Assembly: GCA_951406725.2 (NCBI GenBank)
Contig: OX597820.1
Location: 49,786,001-49,850,000 of the forward strand
DNA from: Octopus vulgaris
Lineage: Eukaryota
Reading direction: 5' to 3'
Length of the DNA stretch: 64,000 bases
Shown: piece by piece, positions 1 to 14,129 of the stretch
Numbering within the stretch: position 1 is the first letter of the stretch
How the letters are laid out: the number at the start of each line of letters is the position of its first letter
Made by a program: the position numbers and the translations under genes
Notes under the pieces: generated by a model
The model's input: only the letters and a program-made list of their open reading frames with translations
What the model was told of the DNA's origin: nothing
Database searches by the model: none

Positions 1-20
1 ACATATACATATATATATGT

Positions 21-50
<30 letters not shown>

Positions 51-58
<8 letters not shown>

Positions 59-355
59 ATCACGTGACCGACCAATCCATCAGATGTAGTTACACATCGC
101 TGGTCACAATGCGTTCGCATTGTTTTAGCCTTCGAATGACGCCACCCCGCTGACTAAGCGAGCAGGCCAACAGAAGAAAGAGTGGGAGAAAGAGTGGTGA
201 AAGAGTACAGCAGGGATCACCACCCCCTGCCGGAGCCTTGTAGAGCTTTTAGGTGTTTTCGCTGAATAAACACTCACAACGCCCGGTCTGGGAATCGAAG
301 CCGCGATCCTACGACCGCGAGTCCGCTGCCCTAACCACTGGGCCATTGCGCCTCC
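51..355 (-). mobile_element. tRNA-derived SINE (family A)
   Basis: Minus strand starts GGAGGCGCAATGGCCCAGTGGTTAGGGCAGCGG...GGCTTCGATTCCC (A-box and B-box like), followed by ~230 bp of non-tRNA body; flanked by (TA)n. Confidence 0.8.
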
Positions 356-375
356 ATATATATATATATATATAC

Positions 376-440
<65 letters not shown>

Positions 441-599
441 CGTGTATATATATATATATATATATATATTTGTTTTCCGTGAAAGTTTGGCGCGCTGTTG
501 GTTGGGGCATTTGAATTATAACGTCGGATGTAATCAATTGAACCACACGCGTATTTATCGTTATGGTAAAATCTGGCGTGTGATTGAGTGGATTTCATC

Positions 600-696
600 C
601 AGATAGTTTTGGCTGACGAGCTACAAATGGATTTTTTTTGTAAGTAAAATTACATTTAATTCATTAATAGCGAAACAATTGTCCCAAAATAATCTG
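600..696 (+). ncRNA. Type I hammerhead ribozyme, copy 1
   Basis: Stem I CAGAUAGUUUUGG/CCAAAAUAAUCUG; core CUGACGA (613-619); stem II closed by GCUA/UAGC; GAAA (672-675); palindromic stem III ACAAUUGU; GUC cleavage triplet ending at 683. Confidence 0.85.
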
Positions 697-1135
697 TATT
701 TTTGTTATTTTTTATTTGCCCTGTCCGTGTGAGCTAACAATCGTACTGACTTTCATGGGAAACATGTATTTTCGTGGTTGAAACCTTTTGGATTAACTGG
801 TGCTAGAGTGAGCAATATAGTGACCACTCTCTTATATTTATTTTGTAAAAATATTATAATATGTTATAAAATATTATAATAATCCAGGTTTCTCGGAGCA
901 CTAGGCCACTTGGTGTTGAATAAATATACTATTAAATTAGTATCTAATTCTCTCACCCTTATTAATTAATTATAATTATGCTGCATTTATTTCTAAATGC
1001 TGTATTTGTTTTCCGTGAAAGTTTGGCGCGCTGTTGGTTGGGGCATTTGAATTATAACGTCGGATGTAATCAATTGAACCACACGCGTATTTATCGTTAT
1101 GGTAAAATCTGGCGTGTGATTGAGTGGATTTCATC

Positions 1136-1232
1136 CAGATAGTTTTGGCTGACGAGCTACAAATGGATTTTTTTTGTAAGTAAAATTACATTTAATTCAT
1201 TAATAGCGAAACAATTGTCCCAAAATAATCTG
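1136..1232 (+). ncRNA. Type I hammerhead ribozyme, copy 2
   Basis: Identical to 600-696, shifted by 536 nt; predicted cleavage after 1219. Confidence 0.85.
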
Positions 1233-1671
1233 TATTTTTGTTATTTTTTATTTGCCCTGTCCGTGTGAGCTAACAATCGTACTGACTTTCATGGGAAACA
1301 TGTATTTTCGTGGTTGAAACCTTTTGGATTAACTGGTGCTAGAGTGAGCAATATAGTGACCACTCTCTAATATTTATTTTGTAAAAATATTATAATATGT
1401 TATAAAATATTATAATAATCCAGGTTTCTCGGAGCACTAGGCCACTTGGTGTTGAATAAATATACTATTAAATTAGTATCTAATTCTCTCACCCTTATTA
1501 ATTAATTATAATTATGCTGCATTTATTTCTAAATGCTGTATTTGTTTTCCGTGAAAGTTTGGCGCGCTGTTGGTTGGGGCATTTGAATTATAACGTCGGA
1601 TGTAATCAATTGAACCACACGCGTATTTATCGTTATGGTAAAATCTGGCGTGTGATTGAGTGGATTTCATC

Positions 1672-1768
1672 CAGATAGTTTTGGCTGACGAGCTACAAAT
1701 GGATTTTTTTTGTAAGTAAAATTACATTTAATTCATTAATAGCGAAACAATTGTCCCAAAATAATCTG
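1672..1768 (+). ncRNA. Type I hammerhead ribozyme, copy 3
   Basis: Identical to 600-696, shifted by 1072 nt; predicted cleavage after 1755. Confidence 0.85.
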
Positions 1769-1915
1769 TATTTTTGTTATTTTTTATTTGCCCTGTCCGT
1801 GTGAGCTAACAATCGTACTGACTTTCATGGGAAACATGTATTTTCGTGGTTGAAACCTTTTGGATTAACTGGTGCTAGAGTGAGCAATATAGTGACCACT
1901 CTCTTATATTTATTT

Positions 1916-2134
<219 letters not shown>

Positions 2135-2232
2135 TCAATATAGGGTGGCAAGGAAAATTTTGTAGAATTTTTTTGCCACCAGCGGCCCAGTGGGAAAAAA
2201 TTAAATAGTCATAGACCATTTTTAAGTTCAAC

Positions 2233-2626
<394 letters not shown>

Positions 2627-2633
2627 ATATGTA

Positions 2634-2720
<87 letters not shown>

Positions 2721-2738
2721 ATATATATATATATATAT

Positions 2739-2740
<2 letters not shown>

Positions 2741-2772
<32 letters not shown>

Positions 2773-4183
2773 CTAGTTTCAGCTTATGAGCTGTGGCCAT
2801 GCTGGGGCACCGCCATTTGGTGTTGCTACTTGGTTTCACTTCATGGAGGCTTTCTAGCAACTGCTATTTGGTGCATGAGAGAGTTCGATGCAGCTGCCCT
2901 CATCTGCCCCTCCTGCCGTGAAGTTGGTTCATCTGGGACACCTGACAGGAAGAGATCCAGCTTCATTTTAAAGACATCTGTATCCACCCCATGCAGGTCT
3001 CTCAGGTTCTTCGGGAGGATATTGAAGAGCTGTGGGCCTCGGAAGCCCAGGCTATCACAGAATCTTGTCCTACATCTTGATGGCAGGTTTGGAGTCCTAG
3101 GCACCACGCAGTGGGGCCCAGTTCTGGCCTTTGCGTAACTCTCGATGCCAAAGTTCAGGACACTTCCCTCCAGGATCTTCCAGATGTATATTATGGCATA
3201 TCTTTCCCGCCTACGCTCCAGGGAATATAATTTTAATCTCTTGAGTCTTTCCCAGTAGCTCATATGCTGCACAGAGGCAATCTTCTTCGTGTAGCTTCGT
3301 TGGATCGCCTCAAGTTCTGTGATCAACTTGACACTGGATGGTGACCATAGCTGAGAGCAATAGTCAAAGTGGCTTAGGACAAGTGTCTTCCAGAGGACCA
3401 TCATGGTTTCTTGTTCTCTTGTTCTAAAGGTTCTAAGAATCCATCCAGCCAGCCGTCTACATTTCATTGTCAGTTTAGCAACATGTACATGAAAGGTCGC
3501 GTCATCACTCATGTGAATACCCAGGTCACGCACTGATTGTGCCTCTGGGATTGCAATCCCTCCGGGTCCAGTGTATTCATTGGGTATTGCATTCAGTTTT
3601 GCATGCTGATAGTATAAAGCTTGAAACTTTCCAGCATTGAACTGCATGCTATTCTTTTCAGCCCACTTGTATATTTCGTCCAGCTCACATTGCAGGTGTT
3701 TAGTGTCCTCAGGGTTCTGTATTGCCTGTGAAACTTTTGTATCATCTGCATAACTTGTGATCGTGGCTCTCTGCGTGGCTGAGGGCATGTCTGAGAGGAC
3801 CATTATGAACAGTAGTGGTCCCAGAACAGTGCCCTGCGGAACACCGCTCACTATTTGTGTGTTAATGGAGGTGGCCCCATTGGCTACTACCACCTGACTT
3901 CTATCCTTCAGAAAGTCATGAAGCCATTCTCCCAGTTTTCCAACTATGTTGAGATCACGCAGTTTGTGACATATCATTCCATGATCGACTTTATCAAAGG
4001 CCTTTGCAAAGTCGAGATATATCACTTCCACATTTGAGTGGTTGAGCAGCCGTTTCAGCACCCAGTCATAGTGTTGTAGGAGCTGAGTTAAACAGCTTCT
4101 CCCTGGTCGGAAACCATGTTGGGTGTCGGGCAGCAAGTCATTCTCTTCAAGGAAGGTGATCAGCTTCCTTCTGACTATTCGTT
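2741..4183 (-). mobile_element. 5'-truncated CR1/L2-group LINE with (AATC)n tail
   Basis: Contains an RT ORF, a short 3' UTR and a (GATT)n tail on the plus strand at 2741-2772; inserted between (TA)n tracts. Confidence 0.9.
2841..4136 (-). CDS. LINE ORF2 fragment: reverse transcriptase and C-terminal region (431 aa, uninterrupted)
   Basis: Motifs [61 protein letters not shown]; the endonuclease domain is missing (truncated). Confidence 0.9.
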   Translation of the reverse strand: MLPDTQHGFRPGRSCLTQLLQHYDWVLKRLLNHSNVEVIYLDFAKAFDKVDHGMICHKLRDLNIVGKLGEWLHDFLKDRSQVVVANGATSINTQIVSGVPQGTVLGPLLFIMVLSDMPSATQRATITSYADDTKVSQAIQNPEDTKHLQCELDEIYKWAEKNSMQFNAGKFQALYYQHAKLNAIPNEYTGPGGIAIPEAQSVRDLGIHMSDDATFHVHVAKLTMKCRRLAGWILRTFRTREQETMMVLWKTLVLSHFDYCSQLWSPSSVKLITELEAIQRSYTKKIASVQHMSYWERLKRLKLYSLERRRERYAIIYIWKILEGSVLNFGIESYAKARTGPHCVVPRTPNLPSRCRTRFCDSLGFRGPQLFNILPKNLRDLHGVDTDVFKMKLDLFLSGVPDEPTSRQEGQMRAAASNSLMHQIAVARKPP

Positions 4184-4195
4184 CACAAATTTATA

Positions 4196-4232
<37 letters not shown>

Positions 4233-4318
4233 GTATGTATAAGTATAAAGATATTTACATGTATCTAATTATGAACGTTCTGATGCGTGTTTTTGTATAT
4301 CTTATGTATATAAGTGTG

Positions 4319-4610
<292 letters not shown>

Positions 4611-4630
4611 ACACACACATACACAGAGAC

Positions 4631-4678
<48 letters not shown>

Positions 4679-5672
4679 GCGTGTGTGTGTATATACATTA
4701 TTTGAAATTATTTTTTTCTAATATAAAAGCCACTTAAGCTTGCCTAACAATTTACCGATTTCGCAGACTATCATAAAAACGACCTAGGCCAACGTAGGTT
4801 TTAATTATTATATGTATATACATCTATCTATCTATATTATAATGGAGAAAGTTGCTTATTAATTAGTTCTGCAACAATTACTAAAAGTATTAAAAGAAAC
4901 TAATTATTTAAGGGTTGACCGTTTGGAAATATTTTTTAAAACTCTTGTTCTAAGAAATTACCTTTAATTTCGATTTCTCAACATTACCTAATTTTTTAGC
5001 TCCACTTTCTCGCAAATTTAATTCTTCATTGCATTCACTGCGTCCAATTCTTCACAAATTTATATATTCATTGCATTCCCTACGGAGTATTCCATTTTAA
5101 TTTGCAAAATCTCCACTTTCTCTTTTAATGTTTTCTTTTCAAGTTTTAATTCGCTAGTTGGAAAATCGACCGCTTATTCTATCAATGTATACGCAATTTA
5201 AAAACATTATTTATTGAATGAAAATTTTTTAAAATACCCGTATATATAATTTTTTTTTTTTTTGTAAAAATATTTAAAAATTGATTTTATTGTTAAGGCT
5301 GTTCGGAACGCTATAAGCCTTACAATAATAACTATCCGAACCAATTTTGGCCATTTTTCTTTCTTAACTTAAAAACCATGGGAGGAGCCTTTTCGGTAAA
5401 AAAAAACCAAAAACATTGAAGTAAATGTTTTCAGAGGAAACGGTGAATCATTCAAGGGAGGTTTTACAGGGAAGCGGTGTTCTAAAATAAAAATGCTTCA
5501 AAACTTTTTCCATACAAAGATGTTCCCCACAACCAAACCCATCATTTCGAAGAGTGTGGTTTAAAACAAAACGGAGAAAATCCCCGAAAACATTTTCCCC
5601 ACAAATTTCTTTATAAAGTTTCTTAGCAGTCTTTCTGCTATGGGTTGAGGTATGATTGTGTGTATGTGTGTG

Positions 5673-5773
<101 letters not shown>

Positions 5774-5802
5774 GTCTATTTATCTATCTATCTATCTATC
5801 TA

Positions 5803-5891
<89 letters not shown>

Positions 5892-5925
5892 ATTATATAT
5901 ATACACACACACATACATAATAAAC

Positions 5926-5957
<32 letters not shown>

Positions 5958-5990
5958 GTGTGTATATGTATATATATGTGTGTGTATATG

Positions 5991-6025
<35 letters not shown>

Positions 6026-6033
6026 GTATATGT

Positions 6034-6067
<34 letters not shown>

Positions 6068-6078
6068 ATATGTATATG

Positions 6079-6134
<56 letters not shown>

Positions 6135-6140
<6 letters not shown>

Positions 6141-6299
6141 TTCGAATGGTCATATTGCCAGTTTAGCCAATAAAAACACACGCACTATATATTTGGTGTT
6201 ATTTTGGCTAAACTGGCAATATGACAATTCCGAAATATAACAATATCTGTTTCAACACACGACTTCACATAATAAATCTTGCACAACAAATATTTAAAC

Positions 6300-6304
<5 letters not shown>
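6135..6304. mobile_element. Small fold-back element, same family as 61900-62371
   Basis: 6135-6170 and 6204-6240 are inverted repeats; 6204-6304 is the reverse complement of ~61900-62000; (TA)n on both sides. Confidence 0.85.
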
Positions 6305-6385
<81 letters not shown>

Positions 6386-7770
6386 CCTCTGCTTTCCAGC
6401 ATGTATTTAAATAAGAAATAGCACTGGTAATCATAGTAGCATCAAAAGATATGGATGTCGTCTTTGTCACTCCTTGGCCTGAAGAAACTGGACACCTCTT
6501 CGCTCTCTCTAATATTGCCTTTAGGGTTTTGATCCTGTTTTTCCCAGAGACCGAGAATTGTTTCATGAGATCATAAGCTGATTTGACCCCAAAACCTCTG
6601 TCTCCGAATTTTATGGCGAGCAGCTTGACCCGGAACTTCACTTTCCTTAGGCTTTTGGCTAGACTGGTGTATTTTCGGTCTTGAATACGTCTGCTTCTAT
6701 TCCACCATGAAATGGCACGTTGAGTCCAGTCAAAATCAGTTGCTTTAGTGAACTGGAATAGATGACGAGATCCAAACTCAAGCCACTATTCCTGATGATT
6801 TATGGTTGTTTTGTTGATTTCTAGTGCAGTGACTCAGAGGTCTGTTGTGCGCTCTCAGTCATGCGTACAACCCAAAAGGCTTTACTCCCATGTTATAGGT
6901 ACTGTTATAGCTGTTCCTGACAAAGATTTGCTGCATGCTGCAGTGTACAATATTGCTGTAGACTCTGGTGCTATGCATTTTACTTTTGACCTACTTATCA
7001 CGTGCACGATCCTATTAAGTACTTGATTGTGTCTTCACGTGTATCTTTCTTGGGTTAGTGCAACTCCCCGTGGTCTCAGAACCTGTTCCTCTGTTTGTCT
7101 ACCGAGAGAGTGGGAATTCAGGGTTATCTGATGTGCCACACTTCACTAGGTTCGTGTTCGAAAGGAGGAGATCATAAACAGATTTGATGATAAAACTAAT
7201 TCTAAGATGAAAACCATATTCCACCAATCGTTCCTCGCTGAGAAACTTCTAGACTGCAACTTCCCACGACGTCAACTGGTCCTGTTGGCTCTACTGTACT
7301 ATCTTCCGGATTCTCATAGTATTTTCTTCTATTTCCACACCATGTAAAATCAAACCTCTCCTTATATTTTCCCTGGCCTCTGCCCACCGTTCTACTTTTG
7401 TTACACCCACTTTCTTCGTCTTGGTCTAAGCATACTAAAGTTTCATTTGTTTGCCTGTCTCAGCTTGGACCACATCGTTCTCACGGTCTTGACTTCTGCG
7501 TATTCGAGCATTGTCTTCAACTTTCTATCCTTCAACGATGGATTTAAAGGTTACTTCACATTGGCCTGGCGAGTGTACTTACTGATTTTGGCCTTCAAGT
7601 CCCCTTCTGTACAAGTGCTGGTATCGTAAATCAACAGTGACCAGAGAAACTTTGGAATTTACATGAACTACAAACTCCAAACCTTATATTTTCCAGAAAT
7701 GCCACAGCGATCTTTGGCCTGACGATCCTTTTCCACCATTTGCTTGGGATACTAGCTCTCCGTCCATTGC
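6386..7770 (-). pseudogene. Degenerate RLE-type non-LTR retrotransposon (HERO/Utopia/NeSL-like), 3' part
   Basis: Minus-strand translations with stops and frameshifts: SGKYKVW..IPKFLWSLLIY, RISFIIKSVYDLL..NLVKW, ALTQERYT*RHNQVL, KYTSLAK..LAIKFGDRGF..KAILERAKRC. Confidence 0.75.
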
Positions 7771-8059
7771 TTCTGATCAAAAATCTTCCAAAATATCCTA
7801 TGAAATGCAAGTGTTCGAGTATGTTAGATTCTACAGTCCTAATATCAAATGAATTTATTAAGTTCTGTTATGAATTATCGGTTTAGCTAATTTTAATCAG
7901 GTATATTTTTGTGATGCAGCGTTGTGTATATGCGATGTATTTTCGGCAGTAAAAAGCGTAGTGTCCTATGGTATTTAACCATTTATGCATTAAAGTATTA
8001 TTGTTGAAGAACCTACATTATTTCTTATATTTATCATGATGTGTACAGATACATATACA

Positions 8060-8330
8060 GATGGACTGCTAAGTTACGGGGAGGTAAACATACTAACACA
8101 GTTTGTTAAGTGGTAGCGAGGGAGAAATGCAGACACAAAAACATGCAGACCCCCCCCCCCCAGATACACATGCATATAGGAGAGGCTTTTTTCAGTCTCC
8201 GACTACCAAATCCTCTCTTAAGCTTTTGGTCGACCCGAGGCTATAGTACAGGACACTTACTCAAGGTATCACGCAGTGAAACAGAACCCAGAGCCTTGAG
8301 GCTGGGAAGCATTCTTGTTACCACATACTC
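8060..8330 (-). mobile_element. Degenerate copy of the abundant CORE-type SINE (family B)
   Basis: CTGCTAAGTTACGGGGAGGTAAAC...CTACCAAATCC...GAGGCTATAG...GACACTTACTCAAGG matches the intact copies at 35321 and 47557. Confidence 0.75.
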
Positions 8331-8769
8331 GTCGTAAATGAGGAGCTGTTCTACTGTGACAAACACAACAGCGATTAGTATATTCATGCTCGAATCTGTC
8401 GGAATATATTTAGAATTAATACGAAGCAATAGTTTTGAATCCTACTGCTCACCGCGCATATAATGATTATTATCGGTCAGTTGGTGTCAGCATGGATCAT
8501 CGAACTATTTGTTTAATGAAATCATAAACACTATCATCGGATAGTCTTGTATTCGTTGATCCAGGTCTTTCTGACTGACGAAACAAAATGTCGAAATACC
8601 GATGACTCAGAGACTCTTGTACAAATGAATCTTGTATAAATATGAGTATCAAGAACACAACAGGGATTAGCAAATACGTGTTCCTATCTGCCGAAGCTTA
8701 TTAAGAACAAATATACTAGTCAGCCGATATATATATATATGTGAGTGTGTGTGTGTGTGTATGTATGTA

Positions 8770-8805
<36 letters not shown>

Positions 8806-10800
8806 AACGTGTGTGTATTGTGTATGTGTGTGTACGTGTGTGTATGCGTGTGTGTGTATTTGTGTGCATGTATCAGTCTATTGTTTCGTTGCTATATATC
8901 AACCTACACACTCAATGATAGTGAGTAGGCTAAACATTTTTACTGTCACCATAGCAATGATATACCATTACATGTTTTTCCCCATTCTTTCAACAATTCC
9001 AACGACCATATGGTTTATTTATCTATGTAATTAACTTTTTGGGATGTTTCAATGTGCGAGCGTGCGAGCGTGTGTGCGTGCGAGCGCGAGGGTGTATGTG
9101 TATGTCTATCTGTTTATCGTGGCTAGCTGTCTGAATTTATGTGTATACGCATGTTGATGCATGTTCGTGTTACTGTGCGTACGTGCATACGCGTGCGCGC
9201 GTCTGTGTGTATGCATGTGAGAGAGAGTTTGAGTTCTGTATTCCTACGGCATTCTCTCTCACTAATACTATCCTTATCTACACTACGCCTGTGTAACGTT
9301 TTTGCTCGTGTAAGCATGTTACTGTTTGTATGAGAATTTCTGTTGTGTGTTTGTGTTTGTGTGTGTATGTGTGTCTGTGTGCGTGGGTTCTTGCGTGCAT
9401 AATATCATGTGCTTTGTTGGCTTTCCTCTTCCTTTAGGCAATCCCCACCAAAAAACCATAAGCAATTCATTTTTTTAATCTGAAACATGATGTTAAGCAA
9501 AAGGTGAATGACGCAATAAAAAAATACTGAATTAATTAAAGATTGCCACTATTTTTGAGAAACAAAACGAAAACAATACCTAAGTACGCCATTGGTCACT
9601 TGTAATTGGGGTATCTGAAACCCAGGAGAGTACAGGATTAAACACAAACTGCAACTCAAAATGTAACAGCAGGGTGATATTTAGCAAGAGGTGGATGCAA
9701 GAGGGATAACAAGAGGTGGTTGCAGACTGTCCCTTTCGGCATGTAACGAGTTAAGAACACCATCATTTGCGCAAGTGAGGATTCTTCTTTGAAGATCTTT
9801 TCAAGTTTTTCTAGACTTTCTTACTACTATCCTATGTTTGCATGTATGTATGTACGTAACTATATATGTTTATATGTATGTATGCATATATTTACTGTTC
9901 CACTCACCGATAAAATTATGGATACATACATACATATAAACATACATACATGCATACAAACATAGGATAGAAGTAATGTATGTATGTATGTATGTATGTA
10001 TGTATGTATGTATGTATGCCTACATACATACATTCATACATAAATACATACATACATACATACATACATACATACATACATACATGCATACATACATACA
10101 TACATACATACATACATGCATAAATATTTCGATGCTCCACTAGACTTTCCGTTGAAGAGCGGTTGAATTCCCACGAGAATCAACTGCCGCAGCTCATACC
10201 TTCAGTTCTTGATTTGATCATGATGAATGTGCAGAACCTCATTGCCCTTCGACATTTTTTTCCGAATACTGGAACGGGAATACAAAAAACATAAATACAG
10301 ACGGCCGCTTCTTCAACATACCTCTGCTGCTGATTCAGCCGGCCCTCCTTCCGATGTCGCTGCACAACCTATAGTACGCGTATATGCAAAACAGGAAGAG
10401 AAGCAAAGTCAGGGAGAAGGGAAACGAATTTTTTTTTAAAAGGAGGAGAAACTAGCGAGAGAGAAGTGGAGGTGAGAGGTGAGTTGAAGGATATTTCTCT
10501 TTATCTCAAGTTTATACTATTTTCGTTCCCTCTTCCATTAAGCTTTTCTCTCGTACTATTCCCAGTCCGCGCATGCACACGTACGATGTTTTGAGTCCCT
10601 AATCAGCTGTATCTCACCGCGCAAACATACAGGAGGATATAGAGTGGTCACGTTCCTTTCCCTTTTTGCTATCATAATCTCGAAGAAGGATTCTGTTTGA
10701 AACATTAGATGTCCACTCCCCATGGCAATTTCATTTTTTGTTCCAATTTTTTCAAAGAATACGAGTCTTAACAAAGCAGACAAACTTCTCTTTCGTTTTA

Positions 10801-10854
<54 letters not shown>

Positions 10855-10855
10855 A

Positions 10856-10905
<50 letters not shown>

Positions 10906-11723
10906 GTATGTATATAGAGAAAAACACACACGGGCCCCCATACACACACACCCAAACACACACGTAGTGTAGATGTGTATGTGCATGCGTCTGTGTCTGT
11001 GTACGTTTGTATGCGCGTGATACACATAACAAAGGCAGGATATCATAGGCCTATTTAAGCATAGTTTCTTTGTAATATCTGCAGAAAGATAACACATAAT
11101 TTTGGTAAACAGTAAACGAAAATCAAAGAAGGCAAATAAAAAATATCATTCCAAAGATAGAATGAAAACAAACCGGAAAGAAAAACCTAGAGTATTTAGA
11201 AGAAAAATAACCAACAAAAATGACAAAGTGGTCTCAGAAGGAACAATACATTAAATGAAGTATAAAAAGATAAAAGAATAAATAATGTTTGTCTGAATAT
11301 TACAAAATAAATAAATAAATTAGAAATAAATAAGAATCTACAAAATAGCATAGTAACTTAATAATTAACGAAGAAAAAAATACAGATTGAATAAACTGTT
11401 TAAGAAAGATAAATGAAAGACAAAACTAAAAATTAAAATTAAATGTTAAAATTAGTTTCGTATGAAGATTTTTATGAGTCTAATTAACTTGAAGGTTTTG
11501 CATGGCTGAGCAGTTAGTTATATTGAGATTGTGCGAAGAGAATCACCTGAGGAATACGAATCACTCCAGCTTCGTATAATTTATGAAGAAGCGAATAATG
11601 GCTTGACAGAGACACACACATACAGTGTCTTTCACATTTTCTTGTCATTATATTCCCTGTCACTGTATTGTTTTTCTCTTTTGCTTTCCCGAAACCAAAT
11701 CGTTGAAAGAAATAGAGTAAGAG

Positions 11724-11833
<110 letters not shown>

Positions 11834-12559
11834 CTTGTGTGTGTATTTCTACATCCAAACGTGTTTCTGGGATATATTCATAAAGGGATAGAAGGGCAAA
11901 TTGAAAGGTAAGTGAAAGAACACTTATATATTATATTTACACAGAGAAACCAGTGGAGTGTTTTAGAGAAGATAGAAAAAACGGGGTGAGAGGCAGACAA
12001 AGAAAGGGAGAGAGAAAGTGAGACAGAGAGAGAAAGAGAAAGAGAGAGATGGAGAGAAATAGAAATAGAGATAGGAAGAAACCATCAGAGAGACAAAGAG
12101 ACAGGATAGCAAGCAATGATGTATCGTGGTAGAGACAAATATGAAATAATGATATACGTAAATAGACATAAAAGAGAGAAGTTTAAGTAGACAAGAATTA
12201 TATATAAAATATACAGGGAAACTAAGAGAAAATGAGAGAGAGGGAGATAATGAAAAAGAGAGTGTGTGTGTGTTTGTATGTGTGCGCCTGTGCGCGTGTG
12301 TATGTGTGTGTAAATGATTAAGGACAGACGGAGAGAAGAAATGAATGTGCAGCATCAAAGAAATACTAATTACTTGAAGAGCAAATTAAGAGTGAATTTA
12401 AATGAATTCTTTTTTTTATTGAAACTCGAGTTTTCAGGCGTTAGTGGTCGACATATGCAACGATCACTGTGGCGTGAAACTCGGATTGCGAGCAGTTGTG
12501 AACTAAGTTTGAAGAATCTTATATTGAGTACTCGCTCCCTCATTCCTCAAGAAAAGTAG

Positions 12560-12597
<38 letters not shown>

Positions 12598-12656
12598 GTG
12601 TATCTATACACACTCACACACACATATATGGATATGTATATATATATATATATATA

Positions 12657-12865
12657 AAGTTAATCCAAACAAGAAAACAAAAAGACAACAACGCGAGGAT
12701 GAGGAACAAATAAAGTATTATTGGACGCTCAGGAAAGAAGGGAAGAAGGAGGGTATGACGTTTCGAGCGGAGCTCTTCGTCGGAAACATAGGAGAAAGAA
12801 AGATCCCGAGACGGGAGGACAGAGAAAAAAAAATTGCAGGTAGTCTTCACGAGGTCACATACTAA
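12657..12865 (-). mobile_element. Penelope pLTR-like repeat with minimal hammerhead-like motif (12752-12790)
   Basis: Minus strand CCGACGA-A-GAGC-UCC-GCUC-GAAA-CG-UC; shares ACGCTCAGGAA with family P1. Confidence 0.55.
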
Positions 12866-13849
12866 AAAGACGGAAGTGGTAAAAAAGGAGGAAAATGTTT
12901 TTAAAAAACAGGAGAGCTGAATCAAAGAAGGAATGGTAAAAAAGGTGTGTGAGATGACAAGGGTGTGTGTGTGAGTGTGTGTGAGTGTGTATGTGTGTGC
13001 ATGGTGGACAATGGCTAGTGGCAGGCAGTAGTAGAATTAAAGGAGTGGTGTGAGGGTACCCTAGCAAGTCAGAAAGGCAGGTCAGAAGCAGGGAGGTATG
13101 TGTGTGTGCGTGTATATGTATCGTGTGTGTGTTTTGTTGTAGTATGTGTGTGTGTACGTGTGCGTTTTTGTGTGTATGGCGAGTAACTGTGCTTAACTAA
13201 GTCTATGTGTGCGTGTGTGCTTGTACGTGCGTATATGTATGTGTGTGCGTGTATGTATGGTTGTGTGCCGTATGGGATGTATGTGTGGGTTCATTTGTGT
13301 GTGTGTGCGTGTGTATGTATGTGCGTTGAGTTTCTTTTTGCGCGAGTGCGTGCGTATGTGTGCGCATGTTTTGGTGTGCGTATGTATGTGTGTGTCTGTG
13401 CTTATATGTGTGTACGTATGTGTATGTGTGCGTGCGCGTGGAGGTATATGTTGTGTGTATGTATATGTGTCGGTGTGTATGTGAATTAGTATGTGTTTGT
13501 ACGTGTGTAAGTGTGTGTGCGTGTATTGTATATATATATGTAAATGTGTGTGTGTACGTGCGTGGGAGTGAATGTATGTATGTATGTGCGTGTGTGTACA
13601 AATGTAAGGGTTTATATGCGTGTTTATATGTTTATATGTGTGTATATATATGCATGCAAGGACACACTTCGCAACTGAAAGACTGATGGAAAAGACTCTT
13701 GCGGTGAAGGGCGCATGCGAATCCCCAGGCACACACACACACGCCCAGACGTACGCCCGAAATAAAGCCAGACCCCACAGGCATGCGTGCATGCAGGTAT
13801 GTATGTGTGCGTGCGCGTCGCGCGCATGCATGTGTGTGCGTGTGCATGC

Positions 13850-13888
<39 letters not shown>

Positions 13889-13896
13889 TATATATA

Positions 13897-14125
13897 TTCC
13901 TTTATTCTTTTACTTGTTTTAGTCATTTGACTGTGGCCATGCTGGAGCACCGCCTTTAGTCGAGCAAATCGATTGCTGGACTTATTCTTTGTAAGCCTAG
14001 TACTTATTATATCGGTCTCTTTTTGTCGAACCGCTAAGTTACGGGTTCGTAAAACCGAGCAGCATCGGTTGTCAAGCGAAGTTTGGCGCACAAGAACAGA
14101 CACCCAAATATATACGCACGCATAC
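13897..14125 (-). mobile_element. SINE family B, 3' half
   Basis: AGTCATTTGACTGTGGCCATGCTGGAGCACCGCCTTTAGTCGAGC...AACCGCTAAGTTACGGG. Confidence 0.85.
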
Positions 14126-14129
14126 ATAC

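Noticed and set aside
280-355. tRNA gene (also 41944-42020 and 50395-50470)
   Set aside because: A- and B-box-like motifs are present, but I could not form an acceptor stem; the first two run into SINE bodies and the third is degenerate.
10130-10400. Higher-GC block that might be a host exon
   Set aside because: No recognisable protein motif, short frames and no convincing splice-site pair; cannot be supported without transcript data.
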